Shown: in pieces, positions 59,700-64,000 of the stretch
How positions within the stretch are numbered: position 1 is the first letter of the stretch
Layout of the letters: the number at the start of each line of letters is the position of its first letter
Assembly (NCBI GenBank): GCA_944391515.1
Contig: CALXTW010000002.1
Location: 4,877-68,876, forward strand
Length of the DNA: 64,000 bases
Origin: an uncultured Alphaproteobacteria bacterium
Lineage (GTDB): Bacteria > Pseudomonadota > Alphaproteobacteria > RF32 > CAG-239
Direction of reading: 5' to 3'
Position numbers and translations under genes: made by a program
Notes under the pieces: model-generated
The model's database searches: none
The model's input: the letters and a program-made list of their open reading frames with translations, nothing else
What the model was told of the DNA's origin: nothing

Positions 59700-60494
59700 A
59701 TGAAAATAGCCACGTTTAATGTAAATTCGATTAATGCTCGTATGGAAAACCTTTTGCCATGGCTGGAAAAGGTCAAGCCCGATATTGTCTTGCTGCAAGA
59801 AATTAAAAGCGAGGACAGTTCTTTTCCGTACTTTGATTTGAAATTGCAAGGTTATGAGGCGAAAATTTTAGGCCAAAAGAGCTATAACGGCGTGGCGATT
59901 TTAAGCCCTCACAAAATAAAAATCATCGAAGAGGGCTTGCCTGATTTTAATGATGAAAACGCGCGCTATTTGGAAGCGCTTGTAAATGTAAAAGGCGAGG
60001 ATTTTCGTGTTGCCTCAATTTATTTGCCAAACGGCAATCCGCCTTATAACGACCCTGAGGATACCTCAAAGTTTACCTATAAACTAAAGTGGATGGAGGC
60101 ACTGTTTCAACACACAAATGAGCTTATTCATAAACCGGAGTCGGTCATTTTAGGGGGCGATTTTAATGTGATAATGACCGATAATGATGTCTATAATCCC
60201 GAACTTTTCCGCAACAATGCTTTGTTCCGTCCGGAGGTTATAAGTCGCCTCAAAGCAATTGAGTATCAAGGCTGGACAGATGCTTATCGTGCACTATATC
60301 CTTTGCCCCTAAACGGCTATACCTATTGGGACTATGCCGGAGGCGCCTTCCAAAATGATACCGGTATGCGTATTGATTATTTGTTTTTATCACCCAAGGC
60401 AGCGGATAGGCTAATCTCTTGTGAGGTAGATAAACACCCACGCGGCCAATCCAAACCATCGGATCACACGGCTTTGGTTGCGGAGTTACGCTGA
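59700..60494 (+). CDS. xth: Exodeoxyribonuclease III
   Basis: ATFNVNSINAR, LQEIK, YNGVAI, YLPNGNP, GDFN, RIDY, SDH. Confidence 0.95.
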   Translation: MKIATFNVNSINARMENLLPWLEKVKPDIVLLQEIKSEDSSFPYFDLKLQGYEAKILGQKSYNGVAILSPHKIKIIEEGLPDFNDENARYLEALVNVKGEDFRVASIYLPNGNPPYNDPEDTSKFTYKLKWMEALFQHTNELIHKPESVILGGDFNVIMTDNDVYNPELFRNNALFRPEVISRLKAIEYQGWTDAYRALYPLPLNGYTYWDYAGGAFQNDTGMRIDYLFLSPKAADRLISCEVDKHPRGQSKPSDHTALVAELR

Positions 60495-62581
60495 TGAGAA
60501 AAAAACAAAAAGCCTCCACTTTGCCCGATACTTGCCATTTGCGAATTTGCGGAGCTTCGGATTTCGGAGACCTAATGGCTCAAACCCTAAACCCGCAGGA
60601 TAATCCTAAAAATTACAAAATTTATGTGCTGGATAATAAAAAAATCAAACCACCTTTGGCAGAAGGCGATTGTTTTATTGCCAAATTACATAATCAAAAA
60701 AACACCTGGTGGGCTAAGCCCATTGCCCGAACGCGTACGGCCGAAAATAATACGGAAGTTTTGCATGGCGTGATTGAGGAGAAGGATAAAAAGTTTTATC
60801 TAAAATCGGCCGAAAAAAATTCCCGAAAGGAGTATCTGTTAGATAGGTTGCAAGGCGCCAAAGTAGGGGATTTTGTGAAAGCCGAACTCTATGGCGAAGA
60901 GCGTTTCAAACAAGTCAAAATCATCAAAAACTATGGCAAGTTTAATGTCGCCAAAGGCACGGATTTGATTGTTTTGGAAAAATACAATATTGAGACCGAA
61001 TTCTTTCAAGAAGTATTAAAAGAGGCCAAACACCTCAAGCCTTATTCAAAAGATAAAAGAGAAGATTTGACCTCAATTCCACTTGTGACCATTGACGGAG
61101 ATGACTCAAAAGACTTTGATGATGCCGTCTGGGCACAAAAGATAGATAATGGTTTTGATATTATAGTTGCCATAGCCGATGTGGCCTACTATGTGCGTCC
61201 CAACAGTCCGCTGGATAGAGAAGCCTACAAAAGGGGCAATTCGGTTTATTTGCCCAATATGGTTGTACCGATGCTGCCCGAAATCTTAAGCAATGATTTG
61301 TGTTCTTTGCGCCCAAAAGAGGAGCGTCCTTGCATTGCCTGCCGCATGCGTATAGATATGGACGGCAATATCAAGAGTTATTCATTCCACCGAGCGATAA
61401 TGAAATCTTGCGCCAGATTGACCTATCGCGAAGCGCAACTCGCCTTTGACGGGGAGTTTAATCAACAAACCGCTGCTTTGTTTAAACCGGTAATTCAACC
61501 TTTATATGAGGCTTATTTTGCATTGAAAAAAGCCACTCAAAAAAGAGGTGCTTTGGAGTTGGAGCCAACCGAAATTAAAGTCAAAGTCGGGTCTCAAGGG
61601 CAAATCTTATCCATTGGTAAGGCAGAGCATTTTATAAGCCATGAGATAATTGAGGAGTTTATGATTGCCGCTAACGTTTCGGCCGCTCTTGCCTTGCAAA
61701 AATCAAAACTGCCGATAATGTATCGCATTCACGATAAGCCCTCAAAAGAAAAACTCCAAGATTTAGAACCTCTGTTACATAATCTGCACTTAAAATTGCC
61801 TGATTATGCCGCTCTCAAGCCAGAGCATTTTAATCATATATTGGAGCTATGCTGCAAACAGCATTTTTCTGCCGGTATCAATGATTTGATTTTGCGAACC
61901 CAATCTCAGGCACAATATTCCCCTGAAAATATCGGACACTTTGGTTTGGCGTTAAAAAACTATGCACATTTTACTTCGCCGATTCGCCGTTATGCCGATT
62001 TGCTGGTGCACAGAGCCCTCATCAGAGCTTATGAAATGCCAGATGGTGGAGATTTGGAAGAAAACGCTGATATTGAACTGTTTAAGCAAATCGGAGCGCA
62101 TATCAGCCAAACCGAGCGCACAGCAGCCCAAGCCGAAAGAGAAAGTGTGGCACGTTATATTTCAGCTTATCTCAATCCCTCAATCGGGCTAGACTTTGAG
62201 GTTAAAATCACCGGCCTGACGCCAGCAGGAATTTTTGTTTGTATTGAGAGTTTGGGCGCGGACGGATTAATCCCGATGAGAAGTTTGCCGATGGATAATT
62301 ATGTGTTGGATACATCGCAAACCGAGCTCGTAGGAAAACAAAGCAAAAAAACATTTTTATTGGGCGAAAAAATAATTGCCCGCTTAACGGAAGCCTCACC
62401 TCTGACCGGAAGTTTGGCCTTTAAGTTGGTGGATAAAGATGAAGGTGTTGACTATGCTGCCGGCTATCCTATAATCGCAAGACATAAAAAGCAGGACAAA
62501 GCATCGTCTCGCAAAACCAAAAAAGAGCGCAAAGCCAAAATCAAACGCCGTAATCGCCAAAAGGAAAAACGCAAAGCATGA
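60494..62581 (+). CDS. rnr: Ribonuclease R / RNB family exoribonuclease
   Basis: TIDG.DSKDFDDA, AIADV, IEEFMIAAN, HFTSPIRRYADL.VHR, S1 domain, basic tail. Confidence 0.92.
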   Translation: MRKKQKASTLPDTCHLRICGASDFGDLMAQTLNPQDNPKNYKIYVLDNKKIKPPLAEGDCFIAKLHNQKNTWWAKPIARTRTAENNTEVLHGVIEEKDKKFYLKSAEKNSRKEYLLDRLQGAKVGDFVKAELYGEERFKQVKIIKNYGKFNVAKGTDLIVLEKYNIETEFFQEVLKEAKHLKPYSKDKREDLTSIPLVTIDGDDSKDFDDAVWAQKIDNGFDIIVAIADVAYYVRPNSPLDREAYKRGNSVYLPNMVVPMLPEILSNDLCSLRPKEERPCIACRMRIDMDGNIKSYSFHRAIMKSCARLTYREAQLAFDGEFNQQTAALFKPVIQPLYEAYFALKKATQKRGALELEPTEIKVKVGSQGQILSIGKAEHFISHEIIEEFMIAANVSAALALQKSKLPIMYRIHDKPSKEKLQDLEPLLHNLHLKLPDYAALKPEHFNHILELCCKQHFSAGINDLILRTQSQAQYSPENIGHFGLALKNYAHFTSPIRRYADLLVHRALIRAYEMPDGGDLEENADIELFKQIGAHISQTERTAAQAERESVARYISAYLNPSIGLDFEVKITGLTPAGIFVCIESLGADGLIPMRSLPMDNYVLDTSQTELVGKQSKKTFLLGEKIIARLTEASPLTGSLAFKLVDKDEGVDYAAGYPIIARHKKQDKASSRKTKKERKAKIKRRNRQKEKRKA

Positions 62582-63708
62582 AAAAAATAGGACTATTAAG
62601 CATAATCTTGCCACTCATGGCCACCACGGCTCAAGCAGATGACAGAGTAGCTCTGGCGCAAGCCTATACGTCGGTCTTAGAGGATTATCTTCTGCCGGCA
62701 AATGTTGAAGATTTGGCGATTCCTGCGCTCCAAGCCTTAAATAAAATGGATAAAAATATTCGCATAGCCGATGATGGGGCCAGAATATCGCTTTATGCAA
62801 ACGGTCGTTTGCTCAAAACCCTGCGCAAGCCCGAAAACAAAAACGATGTGTCTGCTTGGTTAGAAATAAATGATAATTTGCTGCGTGCCGCCAAAAAAGC
62901 CTCTAAGACTTTAGACGTTAAAGATTTTGAAATCGTAGATACCATGTTGGCCTACGGAATTAAAAATTTTGATTCCGATTCGTCTTATTATCCCGATTTG
63001 GAGTTGAGCAATCCACCTACGCCGGAATTTAAACCGCAACGCGCCTATTATGACCGCTTGCAAGAAGGCAATATTTTATATATTCGCCTTGGCGCGATTA
63101 ATAAATACACCGCCCAAAATATTGAAGAAAGCTTGAAAAAATATGCCCAAGCCACAGGCTTGATTCTTGATTTAAGAGGAAATCCCGGCGGCGTGTTAGA
63201 AGAGGCCGTTAAGGTTGCAGGTCTATTTATTGATGGGGGAATTATCGCCTCATCTAAGGGCAGAGCAGGGAGTGAGATTGAATATTACAATGCTCCCAAC
63301 GGAGATATCTGGCAAGACAAACCGATTGTGGTCTTGATAGATGGGCAAACAGCATCTTCTGCCGAGGTTTTGGCGGTGGCATTGCAAGAGCAGAGTAGGG
63401 GAACGGTGGTCGGCACCAACAGCTTTGGTAAAGGAACGATTCAAAAACTCATTAAACTGGATAATAATAGCCGCTTAGCTCTGACCAACGGGTTAATATA
63501 TACGCCGTCAGGCAATAAATTGGCAGGGCGAGGTGTCATGCCTGATATTTGCACATCAGGCGAGTTGGAAAGCCGCAATCCGGAAAATATCTTGGCAAAA
63601 AATAAAGACTTGGCCTATTGCCCGGCCGAAGATAGAGAGGATAAGCAACAAGATATCAATGTGGCAAAAGCTTATTTGCAAAAGCACACAAAAAAAGGTC
63701 TGAACTAA
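62578..63708 (+). CDS. S41 family (CtpA-like) peptidase lacking an obvious PDZ domain
   Basis: Signal peptide, LDLRGNPGG, TASSAE, SFGKGTIQ, TPSG, GVMPD. Confidence 0.85.
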   Translation: MKKIGLLSIILPLMATTAQADDRVALAQAYTSVLEDYLLPANVEDLAIPALQALNKMDKNIRIADDGARISLYANGRLLKTLRKPENKNDVSAWLEINDNLLRAAKKASKTLDVKDFEIVDTMLAYGIKNFDSDSSYYPDLELSNPPTPEFKPQRAYYDRLQEGNILYIRLGAINKYTAQNIEESLKKYAQATGLILDLRGNPGGVLEEAVKVAGLFIDGGIIASSKGRAGSEIEYYNAPNGDIWQDKPIVVLIDGQTASSAEVLAVALQEQSRGTVVGTNSFGKGTIQKLIKLDNNSRLALTNGLIYTPSGNKLAGRGVMPDICTSGELESRNPENILAKNKDLAYCPAEDREDKQQDINVAKAYLQKHTKKGLN

Positions 63709-63737
63709 GTCAGACCTTTTATTTTGGGGAAAGCGAA

Positions 63738-64000
63738 TTATTTTGCAAAATGCTCTTGCGGCACTTCGCGGATAATCCGCTCAATGTTTTCCTTTCTTTC
63801 ACTCTCGCGCTCACGGATTTTTTTAATCCGTTTAGCTCTCATTCTAGCATCCCATTTATCGCCAAGAATAAATAAATACCCCAAGGCGTAGGGAAGAAGG
63901 GTGAAACAAGCAATTAAAATCGCCAGAACAATAGCGATTTTAAAATCATAAATTGCGGCACCCACTAAGGCTGCGGCAATCAGAATTGTTAAGAAAAATT
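63738..64000 (-). CDS. Small membrane protein, probably 5'-truncated by the window
   Basis: Hydrophobic ORF whose frame appears open to the window end; converges on the hairpin at 63693-63720. Confidence 0.5.
   Translation of the reverse strand, partial: FFLTILIAAALVGAAIYDFKIAIVLAILIACFTLLPYALGYLFILGDKWDARMRAKRIKKIRERESERKENIERIIREVPQEHFAK

Noticed and set aside
1-64000. CRISPR array, rRNA, IS transposase, reverse transcriptase/DGR
   Set aside because: No regularly spaced repeats, rRNA sequence, DDE transposase or RT motifs were seen

Overview
Chromosomal window from a low-GC, apparently streamlined alphaproteobacterium. The assignment is inferred from the nuoLMN-birA-rnj and xth-dgt-SPOR-nagZ-tatA gene orders. 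It contains a GDP-fucose/surface-glycan locus (1.1-11.8 kb), tRNA-Lys with a small tRNA-linked repeat element, a MerR-regulated operon, and an orphan, degenerate nuoLMN block. It also has two paralogous Cys-rich surface-protein loci that share a duplicated promoter, plus mutS, rplM-rpsI and housekeeping genes. The standout feature is an 11.2-kb integrative element (38286-49509) inserted in the 3' end of rpsI, bounded by a 28-bp att direct repeat. It encodes a tyrosine integrase, a probable HUH rolling-circle Rep, an ankyrin protein, two serine recombinases (one Mpi-like), an EcoRI-family MTase, a DUF262-HNH nuclease, an ABC-ATPase-HEPN protein and a KAP NTPase. Reading it by eye I found only one CG dinucleotide and no GATC between the att sites, whereas the flanking host DNA has abundant CG. 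All calls come from motif recognition by eye; no database searches were run.
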